Origin: Planctomycetaceae bacterium UBA969
GTDB lineage: Bacteria > Planctomycetota > Planctomycetia > Gemmatales > Gemmataceae
Direction: 5' to 3'
Length of the DNA stretch: 52,833 nt
NCBI GenBank assembly: GCA_002303765.1
Contig: DBCB01000122.1
Span: forward strand, 1-52,833
Part shown: positions 45,801-52,833 of the stretch, one piece after another
Numbering within the stretch: position 1 is the stretch's first letter
How the letters are laid out: every line of letters begins with the position of its first letter
Notes under the pieces: model-generated
Told to the model about the DNA's origin: nothing
Database searches by the model: none
The model's input: the letters and a program-made list of their open reading frames with translations, nothing else
Made by a program: the position numbers and the translations under genes

Positions 45801-46385
45801 CAATAGCCCAGGGAAGGAATTTTCCTGCCAAGGAACATAGGAGGCACTAATGTCATCGATTATTTTTTGAGTTGTGGCATCATCAACGCCAGCCTTTGAA
45901 AGCGCCTTGCGCCAGCGGGGGTGGCCAAGCCTTGCACCAAGGGGAATAACGAGTTCGAGAGTACCAGTAACACCGAGAATAACACTTGCACGCGAGCGAT
46001 CTAAAGGTTTCAAGCCAGGCTTTGGGTCACCAATACCGGATTGGTATCCAGCATGTTCAAGCGCTTGCTTTGCAGCCATCAAGCCGAGTAATTGCGATGT
46101 ATCAGTAGCTTCAAGGTTGTTAGGGGCAATGCCAAAGTCGCCTGGTGAAAAATCAACAGGAGAGATGAACCCACCGGTCTGACTATAAACCTTGTCAGGG
46201 AATTTGGGATCTTTGTCGAAGTAATCTTCGGGGTTCCAATGAGAATCGGGAATTTTGGTAATACCATCTTTGCCACTTTTCACGAAGCTCCAGAAAGCTT
46301 CAAATCCCTCGGAGCCAGGAAAGAAACAACCTGCTCCAACGATGGCCAATGGTTCCATTTTCATTTTGGGAGTTGCATCACTCAT
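39870..46385 (-). CDS. pfaA: PUFA-synthase subunit PfaA-like: KS - MAT - 2x ACP - KR - PKS-type DH
   Basis: KS: [9 protein letters not shown] (Cys220), [33 protein letters not shown] (Ser685). Two ACPs with [12 protein letters not shown] (Ser1219, Ser1323). KR: [11 protein letters not shown] and [19 protein letters not shown]. Confidence 0.9.
   Translation of the reverse strand: [2171 protein letters not shown]
42315..42809 (-). repeat. Tandem ACP-domain duplication inside pfaA (312-nt period)
   Basis: aa 1193-1253 and 1297-1357 are almost identical ([39 protein letters not shown][R/K][13 protein letters not shown][S/T]LNTLR). The nucleotide copies (42627-42809 and 42315-42497) differ at many third-codon positions. 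Confidence 0.85.
42874..42992 (-). repeat. In-frame micro-repeats encoding the Pro/Ala/Val linker upstream of the ACPs
   Basis: Three 15-nt units ACCACNGGCGCAGCA (42874-42918) encode AAPVV x3. GTTCTTACAA[T/C]CGCAGG repeats at a 33-nt period (42943-42959 and 42976-42992), encoding VRTQP. Confidence 0.7.
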
Positions 46386-47839
46386 GCGGGCACTCCTGCG
46401 TAACCTAGTTGCTCTTTAAGTTTTTCGTATTCGACAGGCAATGGCGAAGGGGTCCCCTGCTTTGCCAAACCGAGCAAAGAGGAGATACGGAATTGCATCA
46501 ACTGCGTTGCGCCATGCAATAGATTCAACGCAACAATACCAGCTTTGCGATTCTCGGGTTTTTCTAGGAAGGAGCCTTTGACCCATTCGTTGAAAGCCCC
46601 CATCGCAGGGCCACACCAAATTTGATAATCAACAACTCTGGTCGATTCGCCTGAATTAGCCCATCGTGAGGATTGGCCCAAATACCATCGGAAGACCAAA
46701 GCCATCTTATGCTTGGGATCTTTATCTGCGCGGGTAACTTGTTCGGGGTCTCGCTTGATGAAGAATTCTTTGGTCTGTTCCCAAATTTCTTCGAGGGAAG
46801 CTCTGAAGATCGTCTTCTCTAATTGCGCCTTTTCCAGCGCAGGAATAAGATCGATAGAAGCGTAATCTCTGTAGGTTTCGTAAAGCTTTTGAGCCCGCAT
46901 GGGGAACATGGTGCCGCGCTTTAAAACCTGTACCTTCACTCCCATTTCAAACATGTCTGCTGCAGGTGCCATCGCTACATCGGCCTGCCCTGATTCTGCA
47001 AGCATTTTACGAACCGTTGTGCAAGAACCTGATTCAACACACGATTGATTGATCGAACCTGAAACGACATATGCAGCGCCCATAATAAATGCCGCTGCAA
47101 CAGATGCTGGTGTCGAAATACCACCCGCAGCGCCAACCCGTAATGGTTGCGAATAGTTGTACTGCGCTTGCAACCGATCTCGCAATGCAATGATGGTAGG
47201 GACAAGTGTGATTGCAGGTCTGTTATCGGTATGGCCACCAGAATCAGCTTCAGCAGTGACATCTTGAGCAACAGGAACCAAAGAAGCCAGCTTGGCTTGC
47301 TCGGGGGTTAGCTTTCCTAGTTGAACTAATTCGTTAACAAATCGCTCTGGGGCAGGGCTGAAGAATTTGGTGGCAACCTCGATGCGCGATACTTTACCAA
47401 TTACCCTGTTTGGCGTAACAACATTTCCCTTGGCATCACGGTATATGCCATGCAGTCTGTAAAGAATCAAAGGCAGAGTTAAATCAAGATAAGCGGAGGC
47501 TTCCACCAAGCGAATTTCTTCGCGAAGAAAAAGCTCAGCGATCGCCATTTCATGACGGGGTTCATTGGGGCTGTGAATAAGATTAAAGCCAAAAGGCTTG
47601 TTTGGTACTTCAGATTTTAAACGCTGGATTGCATCTTCAACGCGGGAAAGAGAAAGGCCAGCAGCACCAAAAAAACCAAGCATGCCGGTGCGTGCCATTG
47701 CTGCAACTAATTCAACCGAAGCAATGCCATTAGCCATCGCCCCTGCCAAATAATTGTATTCGAGACCCAGATCGTTACGGAAAGACGGGTCACCCAGATC
47801 TTGCGGCCTGATCGTCATCGCCGAAGACCCTTTGAGCAA
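46382..47839 (-). CDS. pfaD: PfaD-type enoyl reductase (FMN / 2-nitropropane-dioxygenase-like fold)
   Basis: DLGLEYNYLAGAMANGIAS..., GAAGGISTP. About 480 aa, typical of PfaD. ATGA overlap with the pfaA start (46382-46385). The start is either TTG 47839 (preceded by GGAGGTG 13 nt upstream) or ATG 47818. Confidence 0.9.
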   Translation of the reverse strand: MLKGSSAMTIRPQDLGDPSFRNDLGLEYNYLAGAMANGIASVELVAAMARTGMLGFFGAAGLSLSRVEDAIQRLKSEVPNKPFGFNLIHSPNEPRHEMAIAELFLREEIRLVEASAYLDLTLPLILYRLHGIYRDAKGNVVTPNRVIGKVSRIEVATKFFSPAPERFVNELVQLGKLTPEQAKLASLVPVAQDVTAEADSGGHTDNRPAITLVPTIIALRDRLQAQYNYSQPLRVGAAGGISTPASVAAAFIMGAAYVVSGSINQSCVESGSCTTVRKMLAESGQADVAMAPAADMFEMGVKVQVLKRGTMFPMRAQKLYETYRDYASIDLIPALEKAQLEKTIFRASLEEIWEQTKEFFIKRDPEQVTRADKDPKHKMALVFRWYLGQSSRWANSGESTRVVDYQIWCGPAMGAFNEWVKGSFLEKPENRKAGIVALNLLHGATQLMQFRISSLLGLAKQGTPSPLPVEYEKLKEQLGYAGVPA

Positions 47840-48068
47840 TTAAACACCCCGCCACCTCCCCACAAAGTTACGGAAAAAAACGGACTGCCTGACCTCATTA
47901 GCCATCCTTGGCAGCTCCAGCCAACCCTGACTGGAAGCTAATATCATAACGCCCCATAGCGCACTCTTCCACAAGGCATTTGCAGGAATGCCAATATCTT
48001 TTCGCTATAACCGTAACAACCTACCAAAAGCCCCTTGACCTAAAACATTAAAACAAGCATGATTGTTG

Positions 48069-48099
48069 ACGTAAATCATTATATAGTAATATTTTACGT
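48069..48099 (-). promoter_or_regulatory. Candidate promoter/operator of the pfa-ole operon: minus-strand TATAAT bracketed by a 7-bp inverted repeat
   Basis: ACGTAAA (48069-48075) and TTTACGT (48093-48099) flank a minus-strand TATAAT (48083-48078). The -35 (TTCTCG at 17-nt spacing) is weak. Confidence 0.3.
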
Positions 48100-48176
48100 T
48101 CGAGAAAGCAGAGTTTCTTGCGTTTAGATTAGCTGAATGGGAGAGCTCTGGGAAATTTCAAATATTCTTGCTTTTC

Positions 48177-50732
48177 TTAGACCAAACCCCACCACCTGCG
48201 GAGCAACCACTCGGTAGCAACGATGCCAATAAAAAAGATCATGATAAAAGCATAAATAGGAGACCCGATGTTCGATTTCCAATCGGGGTAATATTTGCCC
48301 CCAGCTTTTTCAGTCAGAGGAGGTTCATTTAGCATCTTTTGCAGGAAAGTTTTCAATTCCTCAACCCTTTGGAAAGTTCCGCCACCGGCAGTTGCGATCT
48401 TTTTTAACAATTCATGGTCTGCAGCCCTGCGAGTCATTTCAAGGTCTTCATCATAAACCATGAAGCGCGCAGAAGATTTGCCAGCAATCACTTCCCCGCT
48501 AGGGTCTTTACCCTCAGCTTCAACTTCAATTTTGTATTCACCAGATAACTCAGAGTTTAAAAATGTACCACGCTCTTCCGTACCCTTTTTGGAAGTTGGA
48601 ACCCGAACTGCTTTACCATCAGGGCCAAAAACTTGAACTTGATATTTTCCAGCTTCCAATTCATTGCCATCTTTGCCGCGAAGAGCTACCCGGAAGCCAA
48701 GTTCATTGTTGGCGGGGATGCGCCTAGAATCAGGGATAACAATAACACTGCCCTCCATTTCTTCCTGCTTTGCAAGCCAGCGAACCATCTGAGCCCAAAA
48801 TCGTGCATGATTTTGCCTAGATTCAGGATCGCGGATCCATTTGTAAGAAGTATCCGCTCCGAAGGCCAAGGTTCGACCCTTCCCATAATTCTGAGTAACA
48901 AGTAAAGGCTCTTTGTTATCAGATTCTGCAAGCACAGAAGATAAGCCAGGCTTCAAACTGCCTAATTTGGTCTGGCCATCCAGTTCCTTAAGCTTGGCCC
49001 AAGCACCCTGAGCACCTGCGGCCTGATTAGAGATTTTAAGGATATAAGAATATCTTCTTAGCCCATCATCGGTAGGGACCATTTTTACAGGTGCGTCAAT
49101 CTGCCCTTGAACATCAAGCATAACGGGAAGAAGTTTTTCGATGGGAGTACCCTTCCAATCGGAATTACCGAAAGTGCTGTATCCGCCCAACATTAAAAAC
49201 CCTGTGCCTTTTTCAAACACCATTCGTTCGATCTGGCCAAGTACATCATTTCCTAGGGCCTTCACTTGTGCAGCGGTGACATCACCAAAAATAATTGCAT
49301 CATAATTACGCTGATCAAAACGAAAAAGGTCTTGAACATCGTCATCGGGTTTGTCATTACCCCGAAGCCAAACTGGGAAAAGGCTGATTTTAGAATCCTT
49401 GCCTAGCGCATCACAAATAAACTGCGGTTCCCAGGCCCGCAATTTATCGACCAAAAGAACTCTAGTGCCCTCTTTCACAACCGTAACGTAAGTATCAATT
49501 TTATTATTTGCAGCACTGATTTCCCCTGGTAATGGCAGAAAATCACGCCTAGGGTCGCCTACCTCAACCGTAACCTTAACCTCGCCCAAAGTGGCAAGGG
49601 GCCTGTGCCTGATTAAAATCTCATTGCCTTCTGCCCGCTTAAGCTGAATAGTTTGCCCTGGTGCTCCAGCCACTTTTACCTCGGCATCATCTTGAAAAAT
49701 TTTAGCCGCCACGGGTACACCATCTAAAAGAAGGCGCACACCCACCAAGGCGTTCTCAAAACCCGGAGCATTTAAACTTACCTTAACGCTGATCTCGCCC
49801 CCGAGTGGAATAGTAGGCGTAGGTTCAGTGGAAATTGAAACAAGGGCCAGATCGTTTTGGCCGGCGGTTGTTGTTGGTTTTCCCAAAGCAAACGAATGAA
49901 CATTAAGGGAAAGATCGCGCAAGCGCTGAGCCAAAGGAAGGGCAGGTTGCCTCGAAGTTCCATTATCAGCACCATCGCTAAAAAGCAACAAACCACGAAA
50001 TCGCTCTTGGCCAACCGTCCTATCAATCACGCCTTTAAGGGCATTACCAAGATCCGTTGTTTTACCTGAAGGAACACCGGGCTTCTCGAGTAAATAATCT
50101 GATAGTTGGGAAGAGAACTGAAATGCTTTAACTTCGGTATCTTGAACCTGAAGCTGCTTTAAAAGTGGATCATTATCTTTCAACACCTGTTGCAAATGAT
50201 CCCAGCGGGATGTTTGATCCGCCTCGTCAAGAATCGTCATGCTCTCGGAAGAATCCAATAGCAAATAAATGATGCTACGAACAGATTGTTTGTCAAAGAT
50301 CGCAAGCGATGGCCTAAAAGCAACAAGAAATGCCAATAACATCGCAAGCAGCCGAACAAAAAGAATAATTCCTATCCTAGAAGTAGTAGCTCGAGGAATT
50401 CCAATGTAAGTCCAAATCGTAATGCCCACAAGCAACGCAGGAAGGGCGAAAAACATCAACCCACCTACCGCTCGAAAACCCATCATCAATCCACCACCGC
50501 CCAGCGCCCCCTGCAATGCAGTCCATAACATTGCAAGAACCACCAAAATCATCCCACCCACCAAAGCAATTATCCTGCTACCCCGACTTGCCAACAAGGT
50601 AAACGCCGCTGGCAAGCCTACCGCCACCGCCAATATTATCACCAAGGGCATAAGCACTGAAAGCAGGGGCAATGCACCAAGCATTCCCATTGCAGTGGAC
50701 CATGGCCATAGCGGATCAATCACCCAATCCAT
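48177..50732 (-). CDS. Polytopic membrane protein with vWA domain (Bat/aerotolerance-operon-type)
   Basis: About 5 N-terminal TM helices. MIDAS motif LLLDSSESM. Large extracytoplasmic region. C-terminal TM IYAFIMIFFIGIVATEWLL. 40-nt gap to the upstream BatA-type gene. Confidence 0.65.
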   Translation of the reverse strand: MDWVIDPLWPWSTAMGMLGALPLLSVLMPLVIILAVAVGLPAAFTLLASRGSRIIALVGGMILVVLAMLWTALQGALGGGGLMMGFRAVGGLMFFALPALLVGITIWTYIGIPRATTSRIGIILFVRLLAMLLAFLVAFRPSLAIFDKQSVRSIIYLLLDSSESMTILDEADQTSRWDHLQQVLKDNDPLLKQLQVQDTEVKAFQFSSQLSDYLLEKPGVPSGKTTDLGNALKGVIDRTVGQERFRGLLLFSDGADNGTSRQPALPLAQRLRDLSLNVHSFALGKPTTTAGQNDLALVSISTEPTPTIPLGGEISVKVSLNAPGFENALVGVRLLLDGVPVAAKIFQDDAEVKVAGAPGQTIQLKRAEGNEILIRHRPLATLGEVKVTVEVGDPRRDFLPLPGEISAANNKIDTYVTVVKEGTRVLLVDKLRAWEPQFICDALGKDSKISLFPVWLRGNDKPDDDVQDLFRFDQRNYDAIIFGDVTAAQVKALGNDVLGQIERMVFEKGTGFLMLGGYSTFGNSDWKGTPIEKLLPVMLDVQGQIDAPVKMVPTDDGLRRYSYILKISNQAAGAQGAWAKLKELDGQTKLGSLKPGLSSVLAESDNKEPLLVTQNYGKGRTLAFGADTSYKWIRDPESRQNHARFWAQMVRWLAKQEEMEGSVIVIPDSRRIPANNELGFRVALRGKDGNELEAGKYQVQVFGPDGKAVRVPTSKKGTEERGTFLNSELSGEYKIEVEAEGKDPSGEVIAGKSSARFMVYDEDLEMTRRAADHELLKKIATAGGGTFQRVEELKTFLQKMLNEPPLTEKAGGKYYPDWKSNIGSPIYAFIMIFFIGIVATEWLLRRWWGLV

Positions 50733-50772
50733 AGGGCAGGCCTCCGCAATTCAGCATTAGATACACGCATTT

Positions 50773-52827
50773 TCATGCAGGGAGTGGTTCCTTTTTATAA
50801 AACTTGTTCGCTGCAAAACTTTCCATTGTAAGAATAAAAGGCAGCAGCAGAAGCAGCCAAGGCATCAGTTCTAAGGGTGGCTTGTAATTCTGTCTGATAC
50901 GCTCAGTCAAATCAGCATCCTTGCCCAAAGGTACAACCGATCCCTTGCCAAATAACTCTTCCACTTTTTCAATCGCAATCTTTTCGAGGTAACATTCCTC
51001 CGCAGCAATATTAAGACTAAAAGAGGAAAGCTCTTTTCCTTTGTTATCAAGAAGTTGATAATTTCCCGGCTCAACTGCTTGCCTCAAAACCAAAGGTCCA
51101 CGATTTTCACCCAGATTAATAACACTCTCTGTAGCACTCAAACCCGGGCCCCGAAGTTGCAAAGGAGTCTTTAAAGGCGCTGCAGGCAACTGGATGACTA
51201 CGGGCTGACCCGAAAGAAATTGCAATTCGGGAAGTCGACTCTCGCCCCCTAGATACTTCGCAGTTCGATCCAAAAGCACCAAGCCAAAAGAGGAATCCTG
51301 CCAATAGTTATTGTAAAACCGATTGCCTTCCATTTTGCTGCCATCCAAGGGCGTGGTGAACGCAACAACTTTTCCAGATCCGAAACTTTTCTCGATCAAA
51401 GCAGCATCCGCAAGGGCGCCATCAATTATGTAACTTGCAAGAATACTGGAATCTTCCGAAGGTTTAACTTTCCATCGCCCCAATACAAAAGGGCGAAGTT
51501 CCGGGCGATTAAAATCCGGATCAGCAGATGCAATCCAATCTTTAAAAGGCGCAGTAAGAGCATTGGCACTATCGAATCCACCTAGCCAATACCCCTGCTT
51601 TCCTGCAGGAATTCGTTCAAAAGAGTTGTAAGCTATAGGCAAAAGTTCTTTGGCTTCTGCTGTACTATAGGATTCTAAATTCATGCCAGGCGAAGGCACC
51701 ACCGCCATGCCACCGCCGGCCTTTACATAGACCTGCAACTTCTGCAAAACCGCAGGGTCCAGCTTGTTAACTTGAAACAAGACAACCGTTTTGAAAGAAG
51801 AAAGATCATCCAATTTAGGCACGCCCTGCAAAACCCTTGTCTCCGATTTAAAGGACCCCAAAGCATCTAGTGCGGCCCTGATGATACGAGGTGTTTTTGT
51901 ATCTTCTGCAAGGATAAGAACCCCAGGCTTTGGCCTAACCTGAAAAGTCGCATACCGTTTATCATTCGCATCCCAAGCATCGGTGGAGGTCAGCTTTGCA
52001 ACGATTTGGAAATACTGTGGCCCAGAGTCTAAATTTTCCAGCTTGGGTACGGGCAATTCAAACAATGCCTCGGTAGCAACACCTTTCGGGCAAAGGTAGG
52101 ATTTCTTATCCGCAATTTTCATATCTGCGGGTAGGTTTTCGATCGAACAACTTACTAAAGCCTTATGATCAATCCCCGTCGATCGTAAAAACATTCTGAC
52201 ATTAATACGGCCGCCCGGTTCAACAACTGCAGGCTCAACCGTCATTTTTTCGATTGCAAGTTCTGCAGGATTATCTTCACCAACATCGATGAAAACCGTG
52301 GATACATCTTTCGGGATAACTACGCCCCCACCTTCCATACCATTCCATGATTGAGCGGTTCGATCGGAAAAAATAAAGACAAACTTAGGAGGCACACCTT
52401 CACCTTCGCCAAGTGTTTGCAAAAGCCTGTATGCATAATTAACCTGAGAAGCGAGTGTTGTTCCTGCAGGATGGGTTTTTAATTCTGCGAGTTTTTGCTC
52501 GACCTGCCTTCTTCCGGGCAACCATTCTTGAGAAGCAGGCTTTGCGTTTTCCAAACTGGCAGCCAGATCGAGAACAGCAATTTTGCTATCAGGAGAAATT
52601 TCGTCAAGGAACTTACTGGCTTGAAAGCGAGCTTCATCAAGTCTGGATTTATCGCCTATTTTATAATCCATGCTGGGTGTGGTATCAAAAATCATGATCG
52701 CAGCAATCTGCTGATCCCTGCCAAAGGAAAAGTCACCCATGGTAATTCTGGGCCGTGATAACGCCAAACAAATCAAGGCCACCACCAACATGCGTAAGAG
52801 TAAAAGCAACCAGTGTTGAATATTCAT
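50773..52827 (-). CDS. BatA-type N-terminal double-TM protein with vWA domain
   Basis: MNIQHWLLLLLRMLVVALICLALSRPR is characteristic of the aerotolerance-regulator (BatA) N-terminal domain. MIDAS-like IFDTTPSM. C-terminal TM PWLLLLLPFILTMESF. Confidence 0.7.
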   Translation of the reverse strand: MNIQHWLLLLLRMLVVALICLALSRPRITMGDFSFGRDQQIAAIMIFDTTPSMDYKIGDKSRLDEARFQASKFLDEISPDSKIAVLDLAASLENAKPASQEWLPGRRQVEQKLAELKTHPAGTTLASQVNYAYRLLQTLGEGEGVPPKFVFIFSDRTAQSWNGMEGGGVVIPKDVSTVFIDVGEDNPAELAIEKMTVEPAVVEPGGRINVRMFLRSTGIDHKALVSCSIENLPADMKIADKKSYLCPKGVATEALFELPVPKLENLDSGPQYFQIVAKLTSTDAWDANDKRYATFQVRPKPGVLILAEDTKTPRIIRAALDALGSFKSETRVLQGVPKLDDLSSFKTVVLFQVNKLDPAVLQKLQVYVKAGGGMAVVPSPGMNLESYSTAEAKELLPIAYNSFERIPAGKQGYWLGGFDSANALTAPFKDWIASADPDFNRPELRPFVLGRWKVKPSEDSSILASYIIDGALADAALIEKSFGSGKVVAFTTPLDGSKMEGNRFYNNYWQDSSFGLVLLDRTAKYLGGESRLPELQFLSGQPVVIQLPAAPLKTPLQLRGPGLSATESVINLGENRGPLVLRQAVEPGNYQLLDNKGKELSSFSLNIAAEECYLEKIAIEKVEELFGKGSVVPLGKDADLTERIRQNYKPPLELMPWLLLLLPFILTMESFAANKFYKKEPLPA

Positions 52828-52833
52828 TCTGCG

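Noticed and set aside
47845-47861. G-rich tract GGGGAGGTGGCGGGG (minus strand) as a possible G-quadruplex
   Set aside because: It has only two G4 runs and two G2 runs, so it is not a canonical four-run quadruplex. It is more simply explained as a Shine-Dalgarno-like GGAGGTG ahead of the pfaD TTG start.
47909-47925. TGGCAG-N5-GCCAA, resembling a sigma-54 -24 element
   Set aside because: It is on the plus strand and points into the 3' end of a minus-strand gene. The -12 TTGC element is absent. It is better read as a 5-bp inverted repeat (TTGGC/GCCAA).
47975-47994. Minus-strand TTGGCATTCCTGCAAATGCC as a sigma-54 promoter for pfaD
   Set aside because: The GG to GC spacing is 8 or 14 nt instead of the required 11, so it does not fit the -24/-12 geometry. 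It is kept only as a 6-bp palindrome in the leader finding.
1-52833. Search for mobile elements, prophage genes, toxin-antitoxin or known defence systems, tRNA and rRNA genes
   Set aside because: No transposase, integrase, phage structural, Cas, restriction-modification or TA-like ORFs were found. No tRNA-like cloverleaf candidates were seen in any intergenic region. Composition appears uniform apart from the AT-rich spacers.

Overview
This 52.8-kb chromosomal segment is about 45% GC by eye. Its gene content points to Planctomycetota: a DUF1559 prepilin-like H-X9-DG protein, a Tat-exported DUF1501 protein, a Pirellula/Verrucomicrobium-type propeller-HEAT-cytochrome c protein, a YTV-like Cys-rich secreted protein and BatA/vWA membrane proteins. 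I can support about 31 protein genes and one ncRNA (small SRP RNA). I see no rRNA, tRNA, CRISPR array, transposase, integrase or prophage genes.

Housekeeping content:
- SRP RNA-dnaX-ybaB-recR-rpoN on the plus strand.
- DUF1501-htrA-sugar-binding protein-aroE-cupin on the minus strand.
- clpB.

The main feature is a tightly packed 19.4-kb, seven-gene minus-strand operon (28410-47839). It joins a PUFA-type polyketide synthase to a complete oleABCD head-to-head olefin pathway. The synthase consists of pfaD (enoyl reductase), pfaA-like (KS-MAT-2xACP-KR-DH) and pfaC-like (KS-CLF-AT-DH-DH). I predict a dedicated polyunsaturated long-chain hydrocarbon system.

Other points worth a second look:
- An A9 slippery tract in dnaX, with stops in both alternative frames at the expected gamma/tau boundary.
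- An SRP RNA hidden under the ORF-track N-terminal extension of dnaX.
- A catalytically intact, signal-peptide-bearing formylglycine-generating enzyme translationally coupled to a propeller-HEAT-cytochrome c protein.
- A Ser/Thr kinase with a degenerate FGE domain.
- A DUF1559 / BNR-propeller / cytochrome c-thioredoxin operon with unusual Cys clusters.
- Several perfect palindromes in intergenic regions.

All family assignments come from motif recognition by eye. No searches were run.
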